Assembly (NCBI GenBank): GCA_977016875.1
Contig: CDRNST010000049.1
Coordinates: 5,580,001-5,644,000 of the forward strand
From: Pavona decussata
Lineage: Eukaryota
Length of the DNA: 64,000 nt
Reading direction: 5' to 3'
Below are positions 22,943 to 36,900 of the stretch, piece after piece. A model generated the notes under the pieces. It searched no databases and was not told the DNA's origin. It saw only the letters and a program-made list of their open reading frames with translations. Every line of letters starts with the position of its first letter. Position 1 is the first letter of the stretch. The position numbers were made by a program, and so were the translations under genes.

Positions 22943-25900
22943 GTTAGTGAATTTCATTTTGTGTAGTAATCCTCGAAGTCAGACTTGCTGGCGTTTGCAG
23001 TGTAGTTAAAAATTTACACAAACTTTATAATCTTAACTTTGTTAGAGTAGTTTTGTCCTTCAGTTTGAGTTTTTCATTGACTGAGTTTCTTTTAGAATGT
23101 AAAAGTCAACAAACTTTGCATTTGACATTATTAATATTGAGTCGTTATTCTGAACAAGAGAAAGCATTGACGTGAGAAGTGAATTGTAAACAGCTCTATT
23201 ACATTCTCTCAGTATGATAGTCACCCACTCACTTGTCTTCATGGCTACATGCAGTTTGACAGGCAGTTCCTCATACTTTAACTGCTGCTTTCAATCCAAG
23301 AAGTCTTTACAAAATTGACCTCGTTCTTTAATTAATTAAGTTTAGGGCCCTACAGTGCTAGAATCAAAGTTAAGAATTTGAGCTTAAAGCCTAATCAGAA
23401 TTCATCTCTATTATTCTAGGCGTGTGAACTAAACAAATTTATTTTCCAATCTGAGCTGTCATCATTCCTTCCTCGCTAAGGAAACGATATTGTTGTTTGT
23501 TTTAAACCCTTTCGAAGTGAGTCTTCTCGTTTCGGGAGGTCAAGCAGTGCTCACTTTTTACACACAAGTCATTCCACGAGTAACACTTCTACAAAATTAG
23601 TTTTCCTGCCATTTACTAAAATCGATCAATGTTGACATAGCCGTATGAAATATTTATAATCTGGTGCCTGTTGAGAACTGATAAAAGGCTCGATAAACAT
23701 TAACTATCTGTGGTTAGTTATGAATATAATTAAGCGATATCTTGGAGACCATTTTGTATCCAAGTGATCGAATCCAATATGGCGTACATCAAGAAGAATC
23801 CCGATGCGCAAAGACCTTTGCAGGCAAGGCCTTCATTGATGTTATAATCATGAAATAACTATGACTTGCTACGCAGATAGCGGTTAATTCTGGAAAGCAT
23901 TAGCTATAAGCGTCATATCGGTGATTTTATGTTGCTATGGATCAGATACTCCGGCATATATAATTCCGCCTTGTTTTGTTTTGGGTTATGAGTTCAAAGT
24001 TGACTTACTAGCATTGATGCATATTATTTGGCTGAGTATCCAGCGCTATCGAATGATTTCATATTAGCAAATGAACTTCTGTTCTATCGGGGATATTTTC
24101 GAGAATAAGCTCGATTTTCGGTAATTGTTTGTAGTTGAGCAAGGCATTTCTGCAAGGTTACAGATGTTACATATTAAGTCCCTTGATTGTTTTTCTGTTC
24201 CGTGTACAGTCAGCTTCCAAGAGACTAATACGTATTGCAGTAGCTGCTGATTGCTTCCTGTTCCATTTAATTCTAGATTCTTGGTTCTGAAAGATCACCT
24301 TTTGGCTATGCAGGACCTTTAAGAATCAGGCCAGGTTCCTGAAAATGCTGAACTTTTTCAAAAAATGTGTAGAACGTAAACCTCAAATTTTTGTTTTTAT
24401 TTACACGATCTAACATTAACAACAAAGGACAGTATTTCTAACTATGTACGTATTGTACCTTTCATTCATACTACAAACATGCATGTGCCAGTGTGGTGAT
24501 CCCATTGCGGAGTTGATTGTGATGTCAATTTTATTTTTTTTACCCTTTATTACAAGGAGAAAAGTTACCCTTTTGCTAGGCCCAGTAGCTTGAGAATTCA
24601 AACTGGGGGCCTTTTACTTCAAAACGTTGAACAACGTTACTTTTAATTTTTCTTCTTAAATGCTTTAATAAGCAACTGACCATTCGATCTTTTATGGCCA
24701 AACACAGTTATTAAGCGTGATAGGTCACTATTACTACGAAAATCTGAGTTGCAACTGTAGTGACTACGATGAATTTAACCTGCATAAAGCCAATGCTCCT
24801 GGATGCTTACTAGTGTCTGATAAATACAGGATGTCTGTTTAATACACTAGTTCTGAAATGAATTGTAGAGTAATGGTTTATTTTTAAGCCTTGCGTATCT
24901 CTTCATTTGTTATACCTACATTTCATTACACTTTCAGTAGTTCATAAATGTTGATAGTTTGTAATCATTATTCACGAACTATAACAAAGAAAATTTGTTT
25001 TACAGAAAGTCATAAAAGTTCAGGCTTTTAGAACTGTAGACTTAGTAATGTGATAATCTAAACAAAAAATGTGTTCTACAAGCAGTGGAAGTGTCCATTT
25101 AATACAGGTTTTGCGTGACAAAAATAATTAAGGCTTTATTTTGGTGTTTACATCAGATTCTGCTAATAAATTATACTGACTGTATCAGGGTCTGCTGATC
25201 ATGAGTGCAGGTTTTAAATGTGCAGTTCCAGAAAAAATCCATATCACCCCATGGAAGGTCATCAGAAATTCCTGGGGAGAGCGGGGGTCTTAGGCCCTGT
25301 TCAGACTAGGTGCCCATGCCAGAGCTCTGTGCCCGGGCACTAAAAAGGACGTTGTTCAGACTCCCTGGTGCCCAAGGAGCAATCATTTTCTCCTTCGTCA
25401 CTTTAGCGCCCGCCATTTTGTTTGCTGTATCGTAAGGAGGCATGAGGAAAAAACCTGGGAACTGTCAAAATCCTGTTCACACCAGTGCCCTCGCCCAGGA
25501 ACAGTGCCCGAGTACTACCTTTGGAGGTGGTGCCCGTGCTCGGACACGGTGCCCAGAGTTTTGCTCAGGCACCGACAAAAAGCTCTGTTCAGACTAGTGC
25601 CTATATATGCCTGAGAACCGGGAACGGGCACCTAGTCTGAACGGGGCTTTAAAAGTCAAAATTTTTGAAGCAATTAAGTATGAAGCTAAACTGGAATTTC
25701 CTGGGGGGATGGAGGGAGGGGGGTGCACAACAAAAAACCTTCTGTGAGGGGGAGTATGGATATTTTCTGGGACTGCACAATATGGCAAGGAAATTTGGAA
25801 CTTAAGCTGTTGTTTTATTAAGGTGGCACCATACCATTCCTTCAGTTTTCACTGGTAGTAAAAAAAATTCTGTGCATATGTTTGGCCAATAACTACAATT

Positions 25901-27130
25901 TTCGCTTTTGCCATTTTTTGCAGTCGTCCATGAATAATTCTCCCTAAGATTTTTTTGAGTACAAATACACGCTAAATCCCAACATTAAGCCAATTTTCAG
26001 AAAAATTCACTGCAGAAAACTCCTTAAAATAGCCTTACTTTTCAGGCTAAAACTGGCCTAGCTTGTTTTGCATGTCAGCATAATGAAAATTCACATATCA
26101 CTTAGAAAACTGCGCGCGCTCGTGCCATTTTAGTACCCAGTTGCCGTGCGCCAAATAACTGTATGGAGTCACCTTAAGAGACAGTCGCCACTTAATATGC
26201 CTGGGGACTGTGTAATACAGGTTTCACTAAACAATATTAACAGCTTTGAACAGCTATATGTAGCTCCATTATACTGCATTTATCTGCTGCCATGATTCCT
26301 CACAATTGGTTGCTGAAGAGTGGCCTTTTTGAAATAACCAATCACAGATGATCAAGTACTTATTCATAAAATCTGGATTTTAGGCCTTACATGTACTTGC
26401 AGAATTTTGGGCTGCCATTTAGAAATAAGAAGGAAATTTTTTTCAGTGCGAAAAATAACAAAAGTTTAGTTTTTCTATGCAAATAACCATCTGCTTAGTA
26501 TCGATATTATAATAAGTAAGAAGTAACCCTTTTAGTAAAGCATTGGGAATCTGTCATGTCTTGTGAGTTCTCCAGTTTGCTACCAAGTTAATTTTCTCCA
26601 GTGAACTACTTAGTAGTGATTAATAACATTAGAGACCTTTAGATTCTAGTACGAGTACGAGTACGACTACGAGATTTGACCTCGAGTTTTTAGCGAAATA
26701 CTAAGAACAGATATATCACAGCAAGTTTCATTTCACTCTTTACGAACGACGAACTTGACGCAGTTGGTTTGAATGATGATAGTGAAGTCCTTTCGTGTTT
26801 CCAAAAAGACGAGATCACCTACGTTTCGAGGAATCGTTTTCGCCACTACGATGTTCTCACGAAAACTCGTAGTAAAATGACGACAGCTATCACGTTTTCC
26901 CGCCAAAATGACACTGGTTCACGCGCGCGCGCTCTTTGTCTATTGGAGAAACTCGTAGTCGTACTCGTACTCGTACTAGAATCTAAAGGTCTCTATTAAG
27001 GACGGTGTTTACTTTTGTTACTGCACATACGTTCTGGGCATCTCAAGATACTTGGGTTTCCTATAGGTCAGGTTCCTACTTGTACAAGGTTTAAAACTGT
27101 GCAGAGAAAGCAGAACTTATAAAGACAGTG

Positions 27131-27161
<31 letters not shown>

Positions 27162-30100
27162 GCCATGCATTTTTCAGAGATAGTAAAGCTTCGATGCCAT
27201 ACAGTGCTTTATATTTTACTGCTTTTTTGAATTACAATGTATTGTTGCTTAATTATCTCTGAAAAATTTGTGCTTACCCCCAATTTTCTTTCTGGATTCC
27301 AACAGCCCTTGCTAAAATATGCTTTTCCTGCGTAGTCATAAACCATGCAAAAATACTTCTGTATTTGTAGGTACTGCCTTAACATTTATGCAAAATTGAT
27401 AAATGAAACACATGTGAAGTATAATAGGAATAGTCAAAAAGGCTGCCAGCAAACAATGTAACTTTGTGTTGTGGAAAACAGTGTCTGATACCTATACTGT
27501 ATAAATCTACTTTCTGTAACCCAGGAACTTTCTATGAGCTTAGGAAATTATTCCAGAAAGTAAGTATTAGAATTTGAAAGTTTGATAATTTTCGAAACTT
27601 AAAAAACCATAGATGCGCATTTTACCTTGATAACCTTTGAGTTTCTGAAAGATGTGGATACCAGTTGGCAGGTTAAAAGTTTAAGAAAAATGGTAACAGT
27701 TTTAATAATTCTTTAAAACATGTTTTGACAGCTCTAGCTTCTGCCATCTTCGGTTTAAATTGTAAAGTAAAAAGCTGAAATTAATAATTACTACATGCAG
27801 GTACAAACCCTAACAAGAAAAGAAAAAACTGTAACAGAATAATAAATAATACGTGTTTCTTTTTAAAGGTTGAAATTAAAACGCAAGATCAGTGGGATGA
27901 ACTGTTATCAAAGGAAGGATTGATAGGTAAGTATATACACTAACAGTGTATAAAATTGATCTAATATTTCCAAAATACATCATCAGTGTATTATATCCAA
28001 GGGATGTCTCAGTTTATACCACTTTATAACCTGGTATTTTTGTGTAGTAGGTTTTTATTGTAATCATTATTATTATTTTGTTGAATGCTAGTGAAGCATG
28101 TGTACCTTCAAGTTGTGAGTGTCATTAATGCTGTCATCTTTGTTGTCTGAGCAAACCTTCTTTTTTACACAGTTGTAGATGCTTATTCGGCTTGGTGTGG
28201 TCCATGCAAAGCCATTGTCAGTTCTTTCAAGAGAATAAAGAATGAACTAGGAGATGACTTGCTTGTATTCGCTACAGTGAGTATTGCTGAATATAGTTGT
28301 CTGGTCTTGAAGGTACACGGCCCTAAAACAAACTGAAATACAGTATAAATTTGTGAACTACTTTTATGGATCTTGAGCAGAAAAAAAAATTTTCTTCACA
28401 AGTTGCCTTGTAGGATCTTTGATTCTCAATGGTTCAGAGTATGCTCTGACATGCATCACCCACTTTAACTGCAGAGTAATGTGCAAAAACTGTGTTGGTG
28501 TCAGTCTTTAAGGACGGTGCCAACTTTTGTTACTGCGCATACGTTCTGCGCATCTTGGGATACTCGGGTTTCCTATGGGTGATGCCTACTAACACAGGGA
28601 ATTTTTTGCGTGGTTTAAAACTATGTGGAGAAAGCAGAACTTAGCAAGTGCTCTTGGAATCCAAAAAGAAAATTTGGGGATAACCATGCATTTTTCAGAG
28701 ATAATAAAGCTTCAATTTGGAAAAAAAACGCCATACATTGCTTTGTTTTTTACTGTTTTTTAGAATAATTGTTTATCTCTAAAAAATGCGTGTTACCCCC
28801 CAATTTTCTTTTTGGATTTCAATAGCCCTTACCAAGATCTGCTTTCCCCACATCTACAGTCATAAACCACATAAAAGTACTTCTTTATTAGTAAGCAATG
28901 TCCTTGAACCTTTCCAAAAGAGGTACATGTAGCTATGATAAGAAAGTTCTCTTTTAGGTGATGAAATCAATAGAGAAGTATTTTCCAATACACCCCCCCC
29001 CCCCCCTAATTCAAGTACAGTGTGTTATGATCTGCTTCTTAGACTCATTTTTTGATATCTGCATTTGTTTCTTTTTTTGAAGGCTGAAACAGATTCCAAT
29101 GAATCTTTAAAAAGTTACAGAATGAAAAGTCAACCAACATTCCTGTTTTATGCTGTAAGTACAGTGATCCATCTAGAAATTTGGGTTTATAGTGAGTACT
29201 GGGGCTCACCACACTATAAGTAGTCAATGAGTCCAACACCTGTAAGTCACAGTCTCTATTGGATCAAAAATACTGTGAGCATTTTTACTCAACCTTTATT
29301 AAAACTGTGAATAGTTTAAATGGTTTGATTGTAATTTATTTTACATACTGATGTGTCAACCTTTGTTAATTTATTTATAAACTTCTTAAACAAAATAGAA
29401 GTTTAAAGTAAGTTTATATTACTTACTGTACAGTACAGTGTGTAACTTACGACTGAATTAACCAATAAAAGGTGCAAACATTTACACTATATACATGTAC
29501 AGTAGTTACTGAGAAAGTAGTAGTTATCTGTTGAACTGATAAGAGTGTATACAATATGCGAGCCAGCGAGGCATGCAAGGCAGATGTGCGAGGCATGAAC
29601 AAAACATCCGAGGCACGAACAACCCCAACATAAACTGCTAACCTTTAAGCTAACCGGGGAGCTATTTAAGCTAACCTGAGTGCTATTTAGGCTAACCGGA
29701 GTGTTTTTTAAGTTAACCTGAGTGCCTCACACGTCTGCCTTGCATGCCTTGCATGCCTCGCTGGCTCGCAGAATGTGCATCCCCAACTGATAACAGCATG
29801 TCAAGTTAGGTTTTGAGGTAGTGATTCTCAGTTTAAAAAGATGCACCTATCTTGTTCCCTATATATCTTCATTGGTAGTCTGTTGTCATTCGTTTGAATT
29901 TCAAAACAGAAAGGTCAGCTGTTGTGATCGATCCTCACAGGGTTTGGCTTTCCTTTTGTTGGGGTACTGTTCAGTGATTTCTACGCTGTGACTGCTGATC
30001 ATGTTATAATTAAATAATATTACAAATTTTAAAGTCTGTTGGTTACGTTATGAGGCAATATTATGAGGCAAGAGGGCTTTCAAGAGTGCGTGCAATATTA

Positions 30101-33100
30101 GTTTTAAAGAATTTTGATATATGGAGAAAAAGTGGTCACAAATGTGATACATGTAGTTTTGGCAGAAAACCGGTGTTACATGTATATCCAGATGGATGTG
30201 GCTGGAACTCATTATTTAGACATGAAAGTAAACTGTACGGCTAAAAATTTGCCCTTTAAATAATTATTGGCACTTTCAACCTCCATAATGCTTTTCAAAT
30301 TTATTCTTGTCTTTTATGTTGCCATGCTGTTTGATATATATGTAACACACAACCCACAATTCCATGGTTCACTCTTAGAAAGGTTATGGCTTCATTTAAT
30401 TTCAATACAATGCCTTTTATTTAAACACAATGAAAGTTAAAGCTGTTGCTTGTGGGGCTGTGTTATAAAGTTAAAACGACAATTTAAACGCTAATTTACA
30501 TTTGCAAAAAAAAGAAAACTTATTCAATTCAGGCTAATTGCGCTAAATGTTTAATAAACTTACAGAAGGAGAGATTTCCAATTGAGTGTAGTAAAACCAA
30601 AACTAATGAAAGTACTTACTCTGGTCAATCGCAATAGATGTAAACAACACAACAAACCAATCAGAATTTGAAGCAAATACATGTAACTGGCGCCAAGAAC
30701 AAGCAGACACGTGTGTCGGTTTTGTTTGAGAAAGTGGGGCAAATTTTGTTGACCAATCACAGAGCGTAGTAATGCAAAACCAAAGCAATACCAAAGATAA
30801 CACCAAATGGTCTGAATAGCAATTATAACAAATATAATCAAACTTTTCAATGAAGGATAATAAATTATTATGTCAATGTAGGCATTGAAATTTAATGTAT
30901 TCAATTTTTACAGAAATTATTTGCTATATGATTGTAATATTTTAGTGTAATTTTTTTTAAGGGTGGCATTCTTGTTAATGTTGTGAGAGGATGTAATTGC
31001 CCCTTGCTGATCAAGACTATACGTAGTGAACTGGAGAAAGAACACAAAGTTATGGATGGGTTAAATGAACGAGTTCCAGTAAGTGGTCATATTGTGCAGT
31101 AGCCATATTATTTGTGCCTTAATTGTGCGTGTGAACTGTGTTAAATTGAAATTGACAACTAGATACATGTATTTTCAGTTGTTGGTTTCAGTTTAAAATT
31201 CTGTTACTAATAGATCCTGTTGTAAAGAAAACCTGGATGTCTGGCTTTGGTGCTGGTCAACGTAACCTCAAAATGTTGCTTTGTTCATATAATTGCGTCA
31301 AACAAAATGCTTAACTTTAGAAGAGAACATCATTTTTCATGGAACAAGTGACATTTTTGATGCTTTGGCTACAATCTGCCAAGATATTTATAGCTAGAAG
31401 AAAACATCTGCAGCTCTGAGTTGCCAATTTGTGGAAGAAATTTATTTATACACAGTTAGATGTAAAGTTAAAAGCTTGTGGCAGTGTAATCAGACAAACA
31501 ATTTTTTTTAAAACAGAACAGAAACTCTTTAAATACCAACTGGCGGCCCGGAGGCTTACCAGTTGGCTACGTATATTGAGTTAACTCATGAGTCAATGCG
31601 TATGGGTTAACTTAAAATTATATAATAAATTTTACAGTGTAGAACAGCATGCTCTTGGAAGCCATAAGGGTTTATTAATCAAGGATTATAAATTACATGC
31701 AAGGGCTAGAAATCAATACATGCAAATTAAATAATTGATAATTAATGCTACACTACAGTTTGTTGATCAAGAAGCTATGAAAGAGCCTGTGTTGGATGAG
31801 AAAAAAGATGAAGAAGAAGAAGCTGAAGAAGAGGAAGAGGAATTAGGTAAGGTAACTAGCATAAGTCAAAGATGAGGGAGTGCATTTGATGATCTCAATC
31901 CCTCTTTCTCCTTTGCCAAGTTGGTGATGATGTCATCCGCCCTTGCAAAATCTGCAGGGGGTGCCAGATACTCATCCCAAGATCCACTTGTTGATCGATC
32001 GACTGTCCCATACAATTCCAACTCCAATCTGTATTAGGAGTGTGTTCTTTCGACGTTAAACACAATTAATAATAATTAATGAGCACTGATCGATGACTTC
32101 ATGTAGCAACACTAGGCTTGTCACTCAAAAACACTTGGCTGCCCACAGAACAGAACAGAGCAGGTTGAAATATTTTGGCCCCTTTATGAAAATGCAGATG
32201 AGATACATGTATTTAATAACTTACTGTAAAGTTTGGAAGGCAACCCCCCTTAAATAGTCCCCAAATCTAGACACTAATACATTTAATCCTTCTTCAGGCC
32301 ATGCATCTAGTTAAGTCAAAACATGTTTAAATAATTTTAAGTTTAATCTAAGGCCCTTTAATTAATTTAAACCTGGTAATCAGCTGCTGAAGTTTAACTT
32401 CTAGTAAATACAATCATATAAACTTATTTTTGTACATTATTTTTGTTAAGCTGAGAGGATGACTAAAACCAGAAGCATGAAGTTAGTAACAAAGCCAGAT
32501 CAGGAAGGTAGATAGTCTGTAGTTAGCTATAGTGAACAGATATAGCTTAATGTAAGGATCATGAGAAGATCATTTTACAGTGCGATGTGCCTTACCCTGG
32601 CCATCAAACAAATTTTTTTTTACAAGTAAGCCAATCACGATATCTTCCTCCTCGTTCATAAAATATAAAATGACATGTTTTCAATAATTTGTTGTTGCAT
32701 CACTTGCCTGTTGGACTTTGCTAATCAAATACAACTTGTAAAAAAAGTTTGTTGGGTGGCCACGGTAAGGTGCGTTGCACTGTAAAAGTGCCTGACACAA
32801 CATGTGCATGGCAAAAAGGGCAAAATGTGGAATTATTTCAGGAACCCAATACAATTTAACTTTTCTCAGAAATCTGACAGAAAAAAGATGTGTGGCAATA
32901 CGTGTAGATCAGTGCTGGACACTACTAAGGAAGCATATAGTTGCATTTTTGCTTATTCATTTGACTCTACTTACATGTAATTTCTTCTTAATTAACACAC
33001 TGTGAAAAGGAAATTTGTTATTTTTTTCAGATGGAACTCTCTTTAATTGAGGGAGACATGTTTCAAGTTCAATAATTAGTTTTTATTTATTTAAAATATG

Positions 33101-33940
33101 GTTGTTGTTGTAGTGGAGCTACCCAAGCAGGTCACTGTTGCTATCATCAAACCTGACGCTGTTCAAGCTGGACTTGTTGATGAGATTATACAAAAGGTAT
33201 TTATTAATTACTGCATGTGTATGCATGATTGTAGTTATAAACTAAATAATAACGGAAAAGTTTTGAGAAGTACTTACTCTGTGCAGTCAATTGCAAACTT
33301 GTTGGTGTTTAAAGTTAACCAAGATGTTTACTGTTTGTGATTGTGATTATGAATTTGTTGATGAGATAATCCCCCAAGATATATATTGCATACACGAATT
33401 AGTGTGGACTTGTCATCAAATGCATACAAGCTGAAGAGATGGCAATGACATTGCATTTGTTGGACAAGGGATGGCACAGTGGTGAGACCAAGAACACACA
33501 TCGTCCACCAATTTGGCATTATTAACCAGGCAACCTACTGCAAGCACAGTTGTAGATTTACTCAGAAACCCTCTTCATTAATAATTATTTCACCCAAAAT
33601 CTGGCTTTCACGCAATCAACTCAGCACTCGTCAGACGTTTGGTATTACTGTAAGAAACAATCCATAAAATAACAAGTACAATAATTTATTAATGCTGCTG
33701 GGAAAGAATAGTGGGAGCAGGGATGGCGCAGTGGTGAGAGCACTCGCCTCCCACCAATGTGCCCCGGGGTTTGATTCCTGGTCTCGGTGTCATATGTGCT
33801 CATATATGCTCCGAGGGTTTTTCTCCGGGTACTCCGGTTTTCCTCCTTCCACAAAAACCAACATTTCCAAATTCCAATTCGACCTGGAAACAGTGGAGAG
33901 AAGAGCCACTCCATGAATTCCACCGAAATTCCTATTTATT

Positions 33941-33980
<40 letters not shown>

Positions 33981-36900
33981 TTGTTTATTTTAGTGTTTAT
34001 CATAGCATCACGCAAATTGTATATAAATTATATACTGTATATATATTTATTTGCTGAAGAAAAATTGCTGGCTAATAATTGTGGTAGGCTTCTTTATAAA
34101 TTGATTTTATTAACAGCGCAGACATGGTTTACATACAACTGAGCACATAAAATAATTCCTGGTCACAATTTTTGTGCTATTTGTCGCCCTGTTTGGTGTG
34201 TCAAATTTCCATTTTCCCCTTTAGGTATTTTTGTAGTTATGAAAATGCACTATTTAATAGTAAACTTGTCAAAAATATTCAAGATGAATGCTGACAATTT
34301 TGTGTTCCTTGCAGGTTGAAGAGTCAGGAATGGAGGTTCTTAAAAAGGAGGAAAAAGTGTTGTCAAAGGAAGAGGCTGCTGAGTTTTACAAACAGCATGA
34401 AGGATCTGAACACTTTGATCAACTTGTTGAATTTATGTCAAGGTATTAATACCTTGTTTTAGTGGAAGTTAATTCCTTTTTTATACTGAAACATTATATG
34501 TACATTGTACATCCTAAATAAGAAACAGATGGGATACGTGCATACATTATGTATAATTATACTTGATTACTGATGACTGATCCAAAGGAATTGTGTGGGG
34601 TTAATAGGCCATTTCCGAGTTGCTGTGAACCTCATTGTGAACGCGAGGCTAAGTGCAAAGCTTTTCATCTGAAAATGAGTTTTGTTTGCATATGAATGAA
34701 AACTTATTTTTATAATAAAAACCTTGCACTTAGCTATAGCCTTGCTTTTACAATGAGGTTCAAAACAACTCAGAAATGGCCTATTGGACCCACTGCAGTC
34801 AAAACTCATTAACTGGTTTGATCAATTTATAAAGATCAATGCAATTGTATTATGGAAGGGACATTAGACAAGAACTGGTTTAAATTTCCTTCTTCTTCTT
34901 CAGCTTAGTTTCCTTCTGGATACCAAATTGTGATTATGTGGATGATGTACATGTACATGTAGGCCATCTGTATGAATTTTTATACAGAATGTAAATCAGT
35001 ATAAATAAAAATCTTAATCTATNNNNNNNNNNNNNNNNNNNNNNNNNNNNNNNNNNNNNNNNNNNNNNNNNNNNNNNNNNNNNNNNNNNNNNNNNNNNNN
35101 NNNNNNNNNNNNNNNNNNNNNNNNNNNNNNNNNNNNNNNNNNNNNNNNNNNNNNNNTTTAATTTTTCCTGTAGTTGTCACCTCATTGCTCTTGACCTGTC
35201 CGTTTCATGTTTTTATTAAATGTATTTTCAGTGGCCCTTGCATGACTCTTGTGCTCAGCAAAGCTGGTGATTTGCCAGATGCTGGTCAGGGTACCATAGA
35301 CTATTTCCGTGATCTGATTGGACCAAAAGATGTCAACATTGCCAAGGAAGAGGCTCCCACAAGGTGATCATGCAATTAATATTATTTGTAGTGAAAGGCA
35401 GAACCAATAGAATTCCTATTTAAGGAAGTTTGACAAGCTTAGAACCAGCTTTACTTAAGTTAGAGCACTACCGTATATACCTGGAGACTGAACTGCAAAG
35501 TTAAGTATTTATTATAATTTTAGTTTGTCTTCAATAGTGATTGCCATTTTGAGAGTAATTAGCATGGCTGTCAGTGATTAGTAGCCATTAGCTGGTTATT
35601 TAAAGGCTGGCAACTATGGTAGCGATACTCATGCACTCCTGTGCTGTTGTGGATGAACCACATAGCACCTCCAGTAGCCTTGATGGTAGAGATAGCTAAT
35701 GAAACTTGACTTTGTGGGGAGCCCAGAATCATGTACAGTAGTGCATACACTGGTTGTTCTTTGATAAATTTTATGAATTGAGGTTGACGGATATTAAGAA
35801 AGAACAGACTTCAACTGAGTGTGGTAAACCAAAACCAAAGTAATTACTCCGGCCAATCACAACAGATATAAACAGTACAATAGATCAGTTTTGAAGCAAA
35901 TATATGTAGCTGGTGCCAAATGTGGGAAAAGGCATGTGCGAGCAAGCCAGGATTGGTTTTAATTTTTCTTCTCATTGGTTGAAAAAGTGTCACAAGTTTT
36001 GCTAACCAATCACAGCGTAGCAAAGCAAATTAATAGGATGACTTTCAACACTCAATTGAAAAGTGTTCTATGTTGTTTTATTGTTACAGCCTTAGAGCCC
36101 TTTATGGCACTGACACCGTGATGAATGCAGTCCATGGCTGTGACTCTGCTGAAAGTGCAGCAAGGTAAGTCAATCAACTGTATTAACAGCAAATCAACAG
36201 CTGACAGTAAAGGCTCAGTCTAAGATAATTTTTTTTTAATTGTGTCAGAAATCAGAAAGACCAATTTTTAAAATGATACAGTAAGGTGAAGCTGAAAAAC
36301 CTTCATAGGGGATATGGATCCCCTATGCAACAACACATTCAAAAAACATCCATTCAGAAAACGATTTGTGAATTTCCCTCACCATTTTCTGAGAAATTAT
36401 GAATGAATCATGGCAAATGAAACAAGCTACATGTAGATGGCTGAATCTTTGTTTGAATAGCTTATGCATGTATGCATAGTGCAGTGAAATCCTTATAGAT
36501 GTTTCCATTTTAGGAAGTTAGAAATGCAACAGTATTTACTCAATAAATTAATTTCTAGTTTGTGTGGCAAAGTTTCCCACACCTTTTTCAGATCAGGGCC
36601 AGGTCATGTTTGGGGAATGTAAAGAACATTTCCTGACAATTCAGTCATTTTTGAGAAAAATCTTGTTGAGCCACAGCAGGGATTGGAAATTCCGAGGAGT
36701 GTATGGTCCTCAAAGGACAACAAATTATAAGGAAAGTATATCATTATAAAAAGAAATTGGAATTTCCATGGGGGAGGGGGGGCAGGCGCAGATATTTTCT
36801 GGAACTAGACACTGTAAAATGATGCTAATCAAAGGTGACCAAATTCAACATTTTAAACTGAGTTTGATGTTTTAGTCTGTGTATTCAAAAGAGTAATTGT

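Noticed and set aside
31870-32080. Possible RTE-like reverse transcriptase remnant (minus strand, ADDI-like)
   Set aside because: Too degenerate to support without a profile search.
33713-33790. tRNA gene
   Set aside because: No clean cloverleaf; continues into a SINE core and ATTT tail.
35023-35156. Hidden exon in the N gap
   Set aside because: Exons 8 and 9 join in frame (FMS-SGP) with no missing NDK sequence.
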